Made by a program: the position numbers and the translations under genes. A DNA stretch of 64,000 nt, taken from Eledone cirrhosa. Its lineage: Eukaryota. The number at the start of each line of letters is the position of its first letter. Positions within the stretch are counted from its first letter, which is position 1. The stretch is from contig OZ024740.1 in NCBI GenBank assembly GCA_964016885.1, positions 77,748,001 to 77,812,000 on the forward strand, in the 5' to 3' direction. This document shows positions 1-12,869 of the stretch, piece after piece. The notes beneath the pieces were generated by a model, which had not been told where the DNA came from, did no database searches, and worked only from the letters and a program-made list of their open reading frames with translations.

Positions 1-500
1 ATAATGAGGTCGGATGAAGGAAAGTATGTTTCCATTGTTCTTTCTGTTGCTGAAATGGTAACACTTTTCTGGTGGCAGAATATGGGTTTGAACTCACTTA
101 GTCTAGTCAAATTTAATGTCTGTCTCAAGCCAGGAGGCTCGTCAGGACGGGGCTTATCGTGGCTTCGGGACGTGAAGTGACTGAGAGTACAAGACTCCCT
201 CTTGGAAAGGACACCAGTACACCACAATTCTATCTCCCGCAGAAATGTTAACGCTTTTCTGGCGACAGAACGTGATGTTTGAACTCAGTTAGCTGAGGGC
301 CAGAATGATACTGCAACGCTCCCTGTTCGACTTTTTAACAACTGCACAACTACATCGATTGGTGCTTTGTTTATTGACTCCGAAAAGAAACATAGGAAAG
401 TTGACCTCGGCAGATTTTGAATTCAAGGTGTCGAGAACTAGGACAAATACTGGGGCATTTAAACGATTGTGTCACGTCGCTACTATATGAGTAAGTGTAG

Positions 501-501
<1 letters not shown>

Positions 502-561
<60 letters not shown>
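502..561. repeat. (TG)n microsatellite followed by a purine-rich (A/G) tract to ~690
   Basis: Perfect TG run read directly; explains the spurious ORFs at 472-678. Confidence 0.95.
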
Positions 562-565
<4 letters not shown>

Positions 566-934
566 ATTGAAAAAGAAAGAAAGAAAGGAAAAAATAAATA
601 AAAAAGAAAGGAAAAGAAAAAAGAAAAAGGAAAGAAAGAAAGAAGGAAAAAAGAAAGAAAGAAGAAAGGAACAAACAAAGAAAGAAGGTAAAATAGGTAA
701 TATTACATAGAAGAGAGAAGCAGAGAAGATAGAGTCATGTGGAGAAGTAAACCTAACACCAGAGAGAAGAAAGTCGCCATTGAGTCTAAGATCGAATTGC
801 AGCTATCGTAATTCTCAATTCCCAAGTATTAGGTCAGTGTACAAGGCTGTATATCAAATATTATCAGTTCAGGTAACTCTGTATATATAAAGGAGTGTTA
901 CTGCTGTAATTGACCGAGTTGTTCAGGTCATTAA

Positions 935-1580
935 TGGTGATGGTGGTGGTGGTGGTGGTGGTGGTGGTGGTGGTGGTGGTGGTGGTGATGGTTATAGTGG
1001 TGATGGTGGTGGTGGTGGTGGTGATGATGATAGTGATGATGGTGGTGGTGGTGGTATTGGTGATGGTGGTGGTGGTGATGGTTATAGTGGTGATAGTGGT
1101 GGTAGTGGTGGTGGTGTTAGTGATGGTGGTGGTGGTGGTGGTGGTGGTGGTGGTGGTGGTGGTGGTGGTGGTGGTGGTGATGGTTATAGTGGTGATGGTG
1201 GTGGTGGTGGTGGTGATGATGATAGTGATGATGGTGGTGGTGGTATTGGTGATGGTGGTGGTGGTGATGGTTATAGTGGTGATAGTGGTGGTAGTGGTGG
1301 TGGTGTTAGTGATGGTGGTGGTGGTGGTGGTGGTGGTGGTGGTGGTGGTGATGGTGGTGATGGTTATAGTGGTGATGGTGGTGGTGGTGGTGGTGGTGAT
1401 GATGATAGTGATGATGGTGGTGGTGGTATTGGTGATGGTGGTGGTGGTGGTGATGGTTATAGTGGTGATAGTGGTGGTGGTGGTGGTGGTGGTGTTAGTG
1501 ATGGTGGTGGTGGTGATGATAGTGATGATGGTGGTGGTGGTAATGGTGGTAGTCGTGGTCTTAATGATAGTGATGGTGAT
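935..1580. repeat. Compound (GGT/GAT)n trinucleotide array with ~180-190 bp higher-order unit
   Basis: The block gatggttatagtggtgat...gatgatgatagtgatgat...gtattggt...gtgttagt recurs at ~987, ~1179 and ~1359. Confidence 0.9.
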
Positions 1581-1761
1581 TGTTATTGTAACTGTAACTT
1601 TGACCAATATATGACGCAATACACTGGCTTTATAATGTTTTTACGTTTGAAATGTTTGTTTTCATCGGATACATAAATACCTACCTACATACATACATAC
1701 ATACATACATACATACATACATACATACATACATACATACATACATACATACATACATACA

Positions 1762-2058
1762 TGGTGGCTGCCAACTCGTTTTCGAGTACGGCCACTACTT
1801 TATATCCATGTAGGCGAACCCCTATCGATGCGCTGAACGAGTGTGACATTTTAGTCCAGCCAGTGACTTGAAAACTCTCGTACAAACACTACACTTGTGA
1901 CAATTATTGACACATAGTGCTGGGCCCATGGTACCATGTGACGACAAGTGCAGAGAGATCTCCAGATATAAAGCAATGCCTCTGCGGTGAAGCTTTTATA
2001 GTGAGCAAAGGCACTGCACAAAGCCAGTCCCACTCTCTTAACCAAGATGATATTTACC
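1762..2058 (-). mobile_element. 5'-truncated copy of a non-autonomous RTE-type retroposon
   Basis: Near-identical to the 3' half of the copies at 7558, 10325 and 34529; flanked by (ACAT)n on both sides. Confidence 0.8.
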
Positions 2059-2086
2059 AACATACATACGTACATACATACATACA

Positions 2087-2118
<32 letters not shown>

Positions 2119-2122
2119 CATA

Positions 2123-5100
2123 GTCAACGCGATCAGTCGCATATTTTGGCATGGGAGACTATTTATTAAATTTAAGATGAATACTGTCTCCGACAGTAAT
2201 GCCACAACTACAGCCAGGTTGAATAACTGGTTATTCTTCTAACTATATCTACTGAAGACACCTTTTATTCGAATTCGTAGAGATATCCGACTAAATACAT
2301 AATTCATTTTACAAGGATTTGCTACAAACAGCATGGCTGAACACAACATCAACAAGAAAATTAATGAAGTATCAAAACAAATAACAAAGAAGGTAATCAA
2401 ACTTTATTCAGTTGTAGCTACAGAAGAAACCGAAATTATAAATCGCATTTCTCTTGGAGTTGCGAACTTAATAATGATTTATTTAATTGTTATAAAATGG
2501 TAAAAAATAATCCCTCCATTGGCTATATGAATAGAATGAAGCTACACTGGAACGAAATGCACCCAGAGCTAAATTATTTCACAGCGAAACAATTACACCA
2601 ACAAGCGACGTTTGTTGAACGTAAAAATAAGATAAATATTATTAAAACACCACCAAAAATACCATCATATATAACTAAAATAGAAAAAAAGATTGCTGAC
2701 CTACGAAAAAACATAGGACATGTGACAATGCTCCTTACATGCAAACAAACACAAAAAAACCTCACTCCTCACAAACAAAGAGTGAAAAATAAAATAGAGA
2801 CGATGTTTGGTAACAGTAGAACCAGAACTCTCTAATATAAGCTGATCACCCTCAAACAAGAATTGAGAGCTGTTAGCGAAAAACGCCGATACCTGAAGAA
2901 GGTAGATGAGAGAAAAAAGATTCAGACGAAACCAAACATCAGTCTATAGAGATATGAAGGACAAAATAATAAGTGTCACTGAGGCCCCATCCCAGAAAGA
3001 CATAGATTCCTTTTGGAGAAAAATATGTGGTGAAAAGAAGAATTTCAACCAAGATGCAGTGTGGCTAAGAGAAATCCGAAAGAACTATTGCTCCTACACT
3101 ACAACAAAAACATACAAAATAAGTGAGGGTACCCTTGAGACTGTGATAGGAAAACTCCAAGATAAGAAAACACCAGGAAGAGACATGATTATCGGCTCCT
3201 GGTACAAAAAACTAATATTCTATCGGAGGTATCTTAAGGGAGATACACTTATACCAGAATGGTTGACATTAGCACAAACGTTACTGGTCCCCAAGAACAA
3301 AGACACCCACTTGGCAAAAAACTACCGACCCATTGCATACCAGAACCTGATGTATAAGATGTATACAGCCTGAACCTATTCCTCCAAGATCACTGTGAAA
3401 ATAATAACATCATCACAGATGAACAAGCAGCTGGAAAGAAAAGGGTTTGGGGATGTGCTGAACAACTCCTAATCAAGAGGTGCGACAACTTAGGAGGAAT
3501 ATGACTACAGTCTGGCTGGACTACAAGAAAGCTTTCGATTCTGTACCCCACTCTTGGATAATAGAGGCCCCCCAACTTGCTAAAGTCCCAGACATTATTG
3601 TCAGAGCCATAGAGAGGCTGTCTTCTTCTTGGGCTACTATCCTAAGGTTAAAGACAGAGAGGGAGGACTCTATTATCACTGATAAAATAAAATATTGCAG
3701 GGGTATATTTCAGGGGGACAGTCTCTGTGTGATATTGTTCATCTTGTCATTAAAGCCCTTGTCCTTTCTGCTCAAGAAATGTGAGGGATACATCATTGGC
3801 TCACAGTTCAGAAATACGAACCTAACCCATAATTTCTTTGTGGACGATCTGAAACTCTATGCCAAGAACATGAATGGGATGAAGAAAAATCTTGACCTGG
3901 TTACAACGTTCTCAAAGAATATAGGAATGGAGTTTGGCCAATATAAATGCTCATACATGACTGTAAAGCTGGGAAAAACAACAACCCAATCTAGCAACAT
4001 TGTCATCAATGGTCTAACTGTTTCACCGATATCTGATGAGGACTGCTACAGATACCTGGGGATAGATGAGAACATATCCTATAATGGTATCTGTAATAAA
4101 GAACGCGTAACCAGGGAATACTACACCCGATTAAGAAAGATCTGCTCATCAGAACTCTCTGCACAAAACAAAACAGTGGCTCACAATGTGTTTGCTGTGT
4201 CTGTCCTAACACCAACGTTTGGAATACTCAATTGGACAATAGACGAAATCCGAGCAGTTGATGTTGGAACTCGAAAAATACTGAACAACACCGGAAACTT
4301 CCACATCAACAGTGACATAGGCCGCCTTTACTTGAAACGTAAGCCGGGCGGCAGAGGCCTAACGTCAGTCCAGACAACATTTGAATGTCGCATCATATCT
4401 CTCCTACAACATCTACGAACCTCGAAGCGTAGGAGCCCGCTTCTCGAGCAACTCTATCTGCATGAAACAGATAAGATCATGAGAGTTGGGAAAGAACTCC
4501 TTGAGAGATATTCCCTGTGTGATAATCAAAAACTCACACCCAGGGATGTCGCTCAGCAGTATCGCAGGGAATCCATGGATGAAAAACTGCATGGCTATCA
4601 GCAAAAAATCACGCATGGGTATGTTGCCAGGAAGCTCCAGAGTGAGAGTAATATAGATAATGAAAGTAGTCTATCTTGGACAAACAACCGCTATATTGGC
4701 TCCCACTTTGAAGGATACGCTTTTGCAATCCAAGAACAGGAGATTAGCACGAAATACCTGATTCACAAAAGAGATGGGGATGCAGGCAAAACACCTAGAT
4801 GTGATAACAAGTGCAGACTCTGCAGAACTAACATCGAGGATATCACTCATGTCATCACCAGCTGCCCAAATATGTCATCGCGGTACTATCTACCTATGAG
4901 GCATGATGTAGTGGCCAAAACACTGTACAATGCAGTTCGTAAAAAAGATAGCCCCGATAATAAACACATTAAAAGCTACAACAATGTGGAAGACATCCAT
5001 GTACATAATATGAAAGACTACTGGTGGAATGTTCCAGTAAAATCTCCAATAAAATGCAGGCATAACAGACCAGATATTATGATATGGGACAGGGAGAAGA

Positions 5101-5628
5101 AAACATGCACAGTAGTGGAAATTAGCTGCCCAGCAGATGCCAATATAATATCAAAGATTAGTGAAAAGGAGAATATTTATGCAGAACTGATGAGAAATCT
5201 GCAGATACTCCACCCTGATTACACCTTCAGATTTATGCCTGTGATTATTGGGGCACTGGGATATATTAGAACTGCCTCAATACAAATCTTGAGAAGCTAG
5301 GCTTCACAGGAACAGAAAGAACACAACTAGTTAGGAAACTACAAGTACAATCCATTAATGGAACAGTAAAAATATGTAAAACATTCCAAAAATTTTGCAT
5401 CTAATAACTGCATATACACATGTACAGATACAAAGCATATACACATGCACACATACAACTCAAAACATACACATCCACACATACAATAACATCCATATCT
5501 ACACATGCATGCATACATATCTACCTAGTTGATGTTGTGTAAATTCCAATGAGAGAGTCTTGTGTCTATGTTAGAAGCCGACTCTCTCTCTATTGGTAAA
5601 ACTTTGTGAAATTATAAAACCAGAAGAA
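2123..5628 (+). mobile_element. R4/Dong-clade RLE non-LTR retrotransposon, family A, decayed, in (ACAT)n
   Basis: ORF pieces 2497-2835, 2906-3373 and 3480-5300: RT motifs WLDYKKAFDSVPH, GIFQGDSL, FVDDLKLY; CRLC..H..C knuckle; RHD and RPDI..E RLE motifs; 3' end ccagaagaa|catacat. Confidence 0.88.
3480..5300 (+). pseudogene. RT + zinc knuckle + restriction-like endonuclease of Dong family A (frameshifted at both ends)
   Basis: 606-aa ORF with the RT and RLE motifs above; the true C-terminus (...KICKTFQKFCI) continues in another frame to ~5404. Confidence 0.88.
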
Positions 5629-5639
5629 CATACATACAT

Positions 5640-6462
5640 GAAATGACGTAAAACACAGACCATAGAGGGGATAAACCACTCAAAAAGCCTGGCATGGAGT
5701 TCCGACAAGTTTATGACATCACACCTTTAGGGATATCTCTATGCAATGCAGGAACAAGAACTCCCTACCAAATATCTGCTGCACAAAAGGGGAGGGCCAG
5801 CAGCTGACAATAAGTGTAGGCTATGTAAAACAAAGATCGAAGATGTAAGCCACACTGTTGCCAGCTGCGAAAGAATGTCATCTCGCTACTACCTCCCCAT
5901 GAGACACGACAGGATAGCTAGAACCATCTGGAACGCACTTCGGAAAACAAAATTAACGACAAACGGGGAAGAATATATTGAGACAGATGGCACTAAGGAA
6001 TACTGGTGGAACCTGAAAATAAAAACTGCCACCAAATTAAAGCACAACCGGCCTGATATTGTTGTTTGGGACCACACATTGAAAACGTGTTCTGTTGTGG
6101 AGATCAGCTGCCCACTTGATGTAAACGTTGTCAGAAAAATACAGAAGGAGGACATCTACGGACCATTGATGAGGAGTTTACAAATCCAGTATCCAAGATA
6201 CACCTTTAGCTTCATACCCATCAATATTGGAGCTACGGGTTATATACCAACCCGCTTGGACCAAAGTATGACTGAACTTGGATTTGCGGACAAAAAGCGC
6301 AGCTCCCTAATTCATAGTCTACAAATGGCTGCGATAGCTGGCACCTTCAGCATTTGCAAAACATTCTTGCGATTCAAGGGATGACAATTTCTTTTCTATT
6401 ACAACCTTGCCACCAGGAAGGTGGCCGGTCAAAAAAATATACTCGAAATTAAGAGAAAGAGA
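5640..6462 (+). mobile_element. 3' fragment of a second, diverged R4/Dong family (family B) in (ACAT)n
   Basis: ORF 5746-6384 QEQE..CRLC..H..C..RHD..RPDI..EISCP is paralogous to family A; ends in catacaatacatacat. Confidence 0.85.
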
Positions 6463-6592
6463 CATACAATACATACATACATACATACATACATACATAC
6501 ATACATACATACATACATACATACGTACGTACGTACGTACATACATACATACATACATACATACATACATACATACATACATACATACATTT

Positions 6593-6630
6593 ATGGCTGC
6601 CCCCTCGTTATCGAGTATGGCCATTGCACG
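6593..6630 (-). mobile_element. Isolated RTE-type 3' terminal stem-loop (extreme 5' truncation)
   Basis: Same sequence as 10080-10118; abuts an (ATGT)n tail on the minus strand. Confidence 0.6.
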
Positions 6631-6651
6631 AGAAAAAAAACATAATAATAA

Positions 6652-6833
6652 TAATTGTTTCTACTTTTGGCACAAGGCCAGCAATACCCAGTGCATTACT
6701 GGTACTTTATTTTATCGATCCCGTAAGGATGAAAGGCAAAAATTAATCTCGGCGGGATTTGAACTCAGAATTGACAGGGCCGTAACTCTATGCCATGGCG
6801 TCCGACCCTTTACCGATACTGCCAATCCACCGC
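6652..6833 (-). mobile_element. tRNA-derived SINE (octopus OR-like)
   Basis: Minus strand: A box TGGCAGTATCGG, B box GAGTTCAAATCC, body TTTGCCTTTCATCCTTACGG..TCGATAAAATAAAGTACCAG, (ATT)n tail. Confidence 0.85.
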
Positions 6834-6893
6834 CATAACCATAATAATAATAATAACAACAATAATAATAACGACAACAGTAACAATAATAAT

Positions 6894-7013
<120 letters not shown>

Positions 7014-7020
7014 TAGCAAT

Positions 7021-7471
7021 TAACAGCGCTGCGATCGAATGTGGCTTTTTAGCCCAGCCAATGATCTAAAATGTCTTGCACAGATTTGGCAACCAAAACA
7101 TTCACTGGGAATAGTCGGCTGTGGTTGGAGTTCATGTACTTTTGCATGTCGTTTGAGCCCTCCTGCTGATTTACATTCTCTACCACATGCTTGGCAAGCA
7201 TGATGAGTAGCATCTCCAACAGCAGCTTGGTAATTAACCACTGGTCTTACTTTATGACTGCGAAGATGACTTTCGAGTCCAGCTATGCTGAGGCAGAGTC
7301 TCGCACAGACGCTGCATGTCAGCGCCATAGGAGGAGCTTCGCCGTCTGGAAATGCAACAGCAATGCCCTTCCTCACATCCCGCTTTATTTTCTCGTATGA
7401 GATTCGAGATGCCTCAAAGGCAACTTTCCCCTCATATACAGTCTTTCTCCATTTATTACGGTCAGCAGCAA
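7021..7471 (-). mobile_element. RTE-clade LINE 3' coding fragment with three C2H2 zinc fingers
   Basis: AADRNKWR motif, then CSVC..HLRSH, CQAC..HAKVH and CQIC..HIRS. Confidence 0.75.
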
Positions 7472-7557
7472 CATACATACATACATACATACATACATAC
7501 ATACATACATACATACATACATACATACATACATACATACATACATACATACATGGT

Positions 7558-8119
7558 GGTGGCTGCCAACTCGTTTTCGAGTACGGCCACTACTTTATAT
7601 CCATGTAGGAGAACCCCTACCGATGCGCTGAACGAGTGTGACTTTTTAGTTCAGCCAGCGACTTGAAAACTCTGGTACAAACACTTCACTTGTGACAATT
7701 ATTGACACATAGTGGTACCATGTGACGACAAGTGCAGTGAGATCTCCAGATATAAAGCAATGCCTGTGCCATGAAGCTTTTATAATGAGCAAAGGCACTG
7801 CACAAAGCCAGTCCCACTCTCTTAACCAAGATGATATTTACCAAAAAGAAGAACAAGTCAACATCATTGGATATCATCAGGGTTGCAGGTGTTATATCAG
7901 AGTTTTCCTTCTCCTAGAATTCTGCCTTGACAAAGGCTAAGGAGTCATCTCTCCCGGTGATTTTGGATGGCCATTGACTCTTAAGAGCTCCTTTGCCCTT
8001 TGAAAGGTTTTGTTTTTAGTCCTGCAGGATGTCCAAAGTCACCCTCCCCACCAAGAAACCTTGGTGGGGTTGCCAGTTTAGTCACCAACGACCCGACCAT
8101 GATACAGGTTGTACTGGGA
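7558..8119 (-). mobile_element. Non-autonomous RTE-type retroposon, near full length
   Basis: Matches the 10325 and 34529 copies; RTE-like 5' UTR motif TAGGAGAAGGAAAACTCTGAT; (ATGT)n tail. Confidence 0.8.
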
Positions 8120-8218
8120 TACATACATACATACATACATACATACATACATACATACATACATACATACATACATACATACATACATACATACATACAT
8201 ACATACATACATACATAG

Positions 8219-8557
8219 AAGCTAGGCTTCACAGGAACAGAAAGAACACAACTAGTTAGGAAACTACAAGTACAATCCATTAATGGAACAGTAAAAATAT
8301 GTAAAACATTCCAAAAATGTTGCATCTAATAACTGCATATACACATGTACAGATACAAAGCATATACACATGCACACATACAACTCAAAACATACACATC
8401 CACACATACAATAACATCCATATCTACACATGCATGCATACATACATATCTACCTAGTTGATGTTGTGTAAATTCCAATGAGAGAGGCTTGTGTCTATGT
8501 TAGAAACCGACTCTCTCTCTGTTGGTAAAACTTTGTGAAATTATAAAACCAGAAGAA
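8219..8557 (+). mobile_element. 3' terminal fragment of Dong family A
   Basis: Near-identical to 5293-5628, with the same ccagaagaa|catacat junction; (ACAT)n on both sides. Confidence 0.9.
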
Positions 8558-8659
8558 CATACATACATACATACATACATACATACATACATACATACAT
8601 ACATACATACATACATACATACATACATACATACATACATACATACATACATACATACA

Positions 8660-9690
8660 TGTTGGCTGACAACTCGTGTTCGAGCATTGCCATCGCCCGA
8701 TAAAATGTTAAAAAATGTGAGGCACGAATGTGGCTCTTTAAACCAGCTAAAAGACTTGCACCTTCTGGTACACACATGGCAACTGTGGGCTCTTCTGGAA
8801 CTTTCCATTGCTTTGTTCTGACTGTGTGTTCTGATGTGTCTTTTAAGACCTTCCATGCTAGCACATCCCTTGCCATATTCCTTGCACCTTTTCAGATCAT
8901 AATCTACATGAGGTCTACTGATATCACTTTGTTCGTGTCAAACCAGCTTTGCTCAGGCAGACTCGACCACAGTGCTGACAAACCAGATGATATTCAACAG
9001 TAGGCAGTTCAGAACAGTCCCTTTTCCTTACCTTCCTTCTCAGTGTTAAGTGTTCTCTCAGGTGAGTTTCAAAGTGTTCACTACCTGACTCGATCAAACG
9101 TCTCCACTTCACACGCTCCTCAGCCATTTTCTCCCATTCGTCAGATGAAATTCCGGCACAGTCTCGGTACCGCATTGTTGGTTTGTGTGGTGGTCACCTT
9201 CCTTTGCAGTTCCCCGTAGATAAGTTGCTTTGGAATACGATCATCAGATATCCGCACCACGTGTCCACACCACCTCAACCGATGCCGAAAGATCATGCTC
9301 TCTATAGTCATGCACCTGCTCCATTCGAGAACTTCCAAATCACTGACGAACATTTTCCATTGGACCCCAAATAACTTACGAAGAGATTGTTGGTGAAATC
9401 TCTCCAGTTCCTTGAGGTGCTTTCTGTATATGACCCACGTTTCACAAGCATAAAGCAAAGAGGAGACGACACAAGTCAGATACACTTTCCCCTTGGTTTC
9501 GATATAATACCTCCTCTGGGCCATAAACGTTCATGCAGCCATCCAAAAGCGTCACTGGCTTTCTTGATTCTTAAGGATATCTCATCATCAAGTGTGCATG
9601 AATTATTCAACATACTACCAAGGCAAACAAACTTTTGCTGTGCATAAGCTTGGTGAGAAGGGTGGTATTTGGACACCCTGTGGAATGACA
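8660..9690 (-). mobile_element. RTE-clade LINE, 5'-truncated and frameshifted
   Basis: LLYACETW, LERFHQ, RLRWCGHVVR..DDRIPKQLIYGEL and C-terminal C2H2 fingers; 3' stem-loop then (ATGT)n. Confidence 0.88.
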
Positions 9691-10076
9691 AACAAAACTC
9701 GACAAAGGGCGGAGGAAATCAATAAAGTCAACGGCCATCCAAATACCGTGTACTTGTGTGTGTGGGGGTGTGTGAGTACTCTATTTGTATATGCTTATGT
9801 ATATGCATTTTTTTATGTGTGTGTATGTGTATATTTGATATATCCTCGGGTGTCTGTTTGCATACGTATTCCTTTTTGTATACATTTTAAATTCTTTTAA
9901 CTCTTAATTCTTTTAACTTTTTAAATCTTTAAATATTTCGTCTCTCTTACATACGTACATACATATATACATACATGTATGAATACATACAAACATACGT
10001 ACATGCATACATACATACATACATACATACATACATACATACATACATACATACATACATACATACATACATACAT

Positions 10077-10258
10077 GATGATGGCTGCCCCCTCGTTATC
10101 GAGTATGGCCATTGCACGATATACCATTATTAATAATTATTAATTAATTCTATCGTGCAATGCCTGTGCATGAAGATATTTTTTTAAATGAGGAAAGACT
10201 GTGCACTGAGCCAATCCCACTCTCTGAGCGACAGTAGCTATAACCCGAAAAGAAGAAA
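10077..10258 (-). mobile_element. Short related non-autonomous RTE-type subfamily
   Basis: Shares the AGAGTGGGAYTG..CACAGGCAT core and 3' stem-loop with the 600-bp family; (ACAT)n on both sides. Confidence 0.6.
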
Positions 10259-10324
10259 ATACATACATACATACATACATACATACATACATACATACAT
10301 ACATACATACATACATACATACAT

Positions 10325-10931
10325 GGTGGCTGCCAACTCGTTTTCGAGTACGGCCACTACTTTATATCCATGTAGGAGAACCCCTACCGAAGCGCTGAAC
10401 GAGTGTGACTTTTTAGTCCAGCCAGCGACTTGAAAACTCTGGTACAAACACTACACTTGTGACAATTATTGACACATAGTGCTGGGCCCATGGTACCATG
10501 TGAGGACAAGTGCAGAGAGATCTCCAGATATAAAGCAATGCCTGTGCCGTGAAGCTTTTATAGTGAGCAAAGGCACTGCACAAAGCCAGTCCCACTCTCT
10601 TAACCAAGATGATATTTACCAAAAAGAAGAACAAGTCAACATCATTGGATATCATCAGGGTTGCAGGTGTTATATCAGAGTTTTCCTTCTCCTAGAATTC
10701 AGCCTTGACAAAGGCTAAGGGGTCATCTCTCCCGGTGATTTTGGATGGCCATTGACTCTTAAGAGCTCCTTTGCCCTTTGACAGGTTTTATTTTTAGTCC
10801 TGCAGGCTGTCCAAAGTCACCCTCCTCACCAAGAAACCTTGGTGGGGTTGCCAGTTTAGTCGCCAACGACCCGACCATGAGACAGGTTGTACTGGGATAC
10901 ATGTTACCAGTAGCACCAACTGGTGACCTGA
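10325..10931 (-). mobile_element. Non-autonomous RTE-type retroposon, full length (~607 bp)
   Basis: Both ends coincide with the 34529-35135 copy (5' CAGGTCACCAG, 3' GGCAGCCACC|ATGT). Confidence 0.85.
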
Positions 10932-10951
10932 CATAAACATACATACATACA

Positions 10952-11225
10952 TGATGGCTGCTACTTGATTTCGAGTAATGCCATCACTTGATACTTAAGC
11001 ATGAGCATCATGGACGTGGCTTTTTAGTCCTGCTAGGGACTTGCCTATGGCCTGCAGTGCCTCACAAAAAAATGTCACATATCAAGCGATGCCTGTGATT
11101 GAAGCTTCTTTAAGTGGGGAAAGGCTTTACACGGGGTCAATCCCACTCTCTGAACATCGAATGCTTTACCCCAAAAGAAGAACAGGTCATTGGATGCAAA
11201 CGATGTCGCAGGCATCCCTGATGAT
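10952..11225 (-). mobile_element. Diverged subfamily of the non-autonomous RTE-type retroposon
   Basis: Collinear motifs (tttttagtcc..gacttg, atgcctgtg..gaagctt, tcccactctct, caaaagaagaaca) and a variant 3' stem-loop. Confidence 0.6.
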
Positions 11226-11280
11226 TTCATACGAAGTCTTTTCTATATTAACTATGTATGTATGTATATATGTATGTATG

Positions 11281-11943
11281 TTCTTCTGGTTTTATAATTT
11301 CACAAATTTTCATCAATAGAGAGAGAGTCGGTTTCTAACATAGACACAAGACTCTCTCATTGGAATTTACACATCAACTAGGTAGATATGTCTGCATGTC
11401 TGCATGCATGTTATTGTATGTGTGGATGTGTATGTTTTGAGTTGTATGTGTGCATGTGTATATGCTTTGTATCTGTACATGTGTATATGCAGTTATTAGA
11501 TGCAAAATTTTTGGAATGTTTTACATATTTTTACTGTTCCATTAATGGATTGTGCTTGTAATTTCCTAACTAGTTGTGTTCTTTCTGTTCCTATGAAGCC
11601 TAGCTTCTCAAGATTTGTATTGAGGCAGTTACTAACATATCCTAGTGCCCCAATAACCACAGGCATACATCTGAAGGTGTAATCAGGGTGGAGTTTCTGC
11701 AGATTTCTCATCAGTTCTGCATAAATATTCTCCTTTTCTCTAATCTTTGATATTATATTGGCATCTGCTGGGCAGCTAACTTCCACTAATGTGCATGCCT
11801 TCTTTTCCCTGTCCCATATCATAATATCTGGTCTGTTATGCCTGCATTTTATTGGGGTTTTTACTGGAATATTCCGCCAGTACTCTTTCATATTATGTAT
11901 ATGTATGTCTTCCACATTGCTGTAGCTTTTCTACGGATTGCAT
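11281..11943 (-). mobile_element. 3' fragment of Dong family A (RLE domain + 3' UTR)
   Basis: ORF 11496-11915 matches the family A C-terminus; lies in a plus-strand (ATGT)n array, so its polarity relative to the repeat is the same as other copies. Confidence 0.9.
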
Positions 11944-12001
11944 TGTATGTATGTATGTATGTATGTATGTATGTATGTATGTATGTATGTATGTATGTAT
12001 G

Positions 12002-12035
<34 letters not shown>

Positions 12036-12139
12036 TGTATGTATGTATGTGGACTTTACTAAAAAAAAATCGAAAGCTTCAGAAGAAATATAATTTCAAA
12101 AAATAAAATTATGTATTTCGGGTTTTTCTATAAATTTCC

Positions 12140-12253
12140 ATCAAATCCCGCCGAGGTTAACTTTGCCTTTCATCCTTACGAGGTCGATAAAATAAAGTAC
12201 CAGTAATGTACTGGGTAATTACTGGCCTTGTGCCAAAAGTAGAAACAGTTATT
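12140..12253 (+). mobile_element. OR-like SINE, 5'-truncated
   Basis: tcaaatcccgccgagg..ctttgcctttcatcc..gtgccaaaagtagaaac. Confidence 0.8.
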
Positions 12254-12299
12254 TCAGTTAGGTATCAATGGGTTCAGCTTGTACGGTGTCATAATTATA

Positions 12300-12728
12300 C
12301 AGGGTGGACCAGAATTCATGACTCGCTTGTTAGTTATATTTCTTAACATGCTTATTTTATTGCTATATTGTTTTAATTTATTATTTTATTTCTTAATATG
12401 CTTAGCAGGTTTCTTAATTTATATTTTTTTATTTCTTAATATGCCTCACAAGTTTTTTTATTTACGACATGTGTCGTAAAGCATGTCAACATGTTTCAAT
12501 AAGGTTGCAAGCCTGTATTGCAACTGAAGGAGGCTAGGTTGACAACGAAATGGAAAACCAATTTAACTAAGCAGCGCATTAATTAAATGTGTACATTTCT
12601 GTGCTTACCGTATCTTGTTCACGATCTAATGCTTGTATATGGTATTATATTCCTTAACTTGTTTTAAAATATTTTGTGTTAATAGATCTATAAATAATCA
12701 AGTGAGTCATGAATTCTGGTCCACCCTG
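12300..12728. mobile_element. Tc1/mariner-type MITE / deletion derivative
   Basis: 30-bp TIRs CAGGGTGGACCAGAATTCATGACTCRCTTG with TA on both sides; internal remnant RLQACIATEGG resembles a transposase C-terminus. Confidence 0.88.
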
Positions 12729-12869
12729 TATATACTATACAATGTATTTTTCAAATAATTATATATATGTCATTAGAAATAGTAATGCCGAAGTAACGTA
12801 TGAAGAGGAAGGTGGGAGCCCATTGAAATTTGTTCGTTTTTCATTAATTCCAAGCAAGACAGTAAAGCC

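Noticed and set aside
864-1619. 251-aa Thr/Ile-rich and 234-aa Val/Met-rich ORFs
   Set aside because: Translations of the trinucleotide array; no splice or domain evidence for a mucin-like gene.
10850-10931. HDV-like ribozyme at the 5' end of the RTE-type retroposon
   Set aside because: P2-like (CCAGT/ACTGG), P4-like and CTAA pieces are present, but I could not build P1 and P3/P1.1 by eye; a descriptor search is needed.
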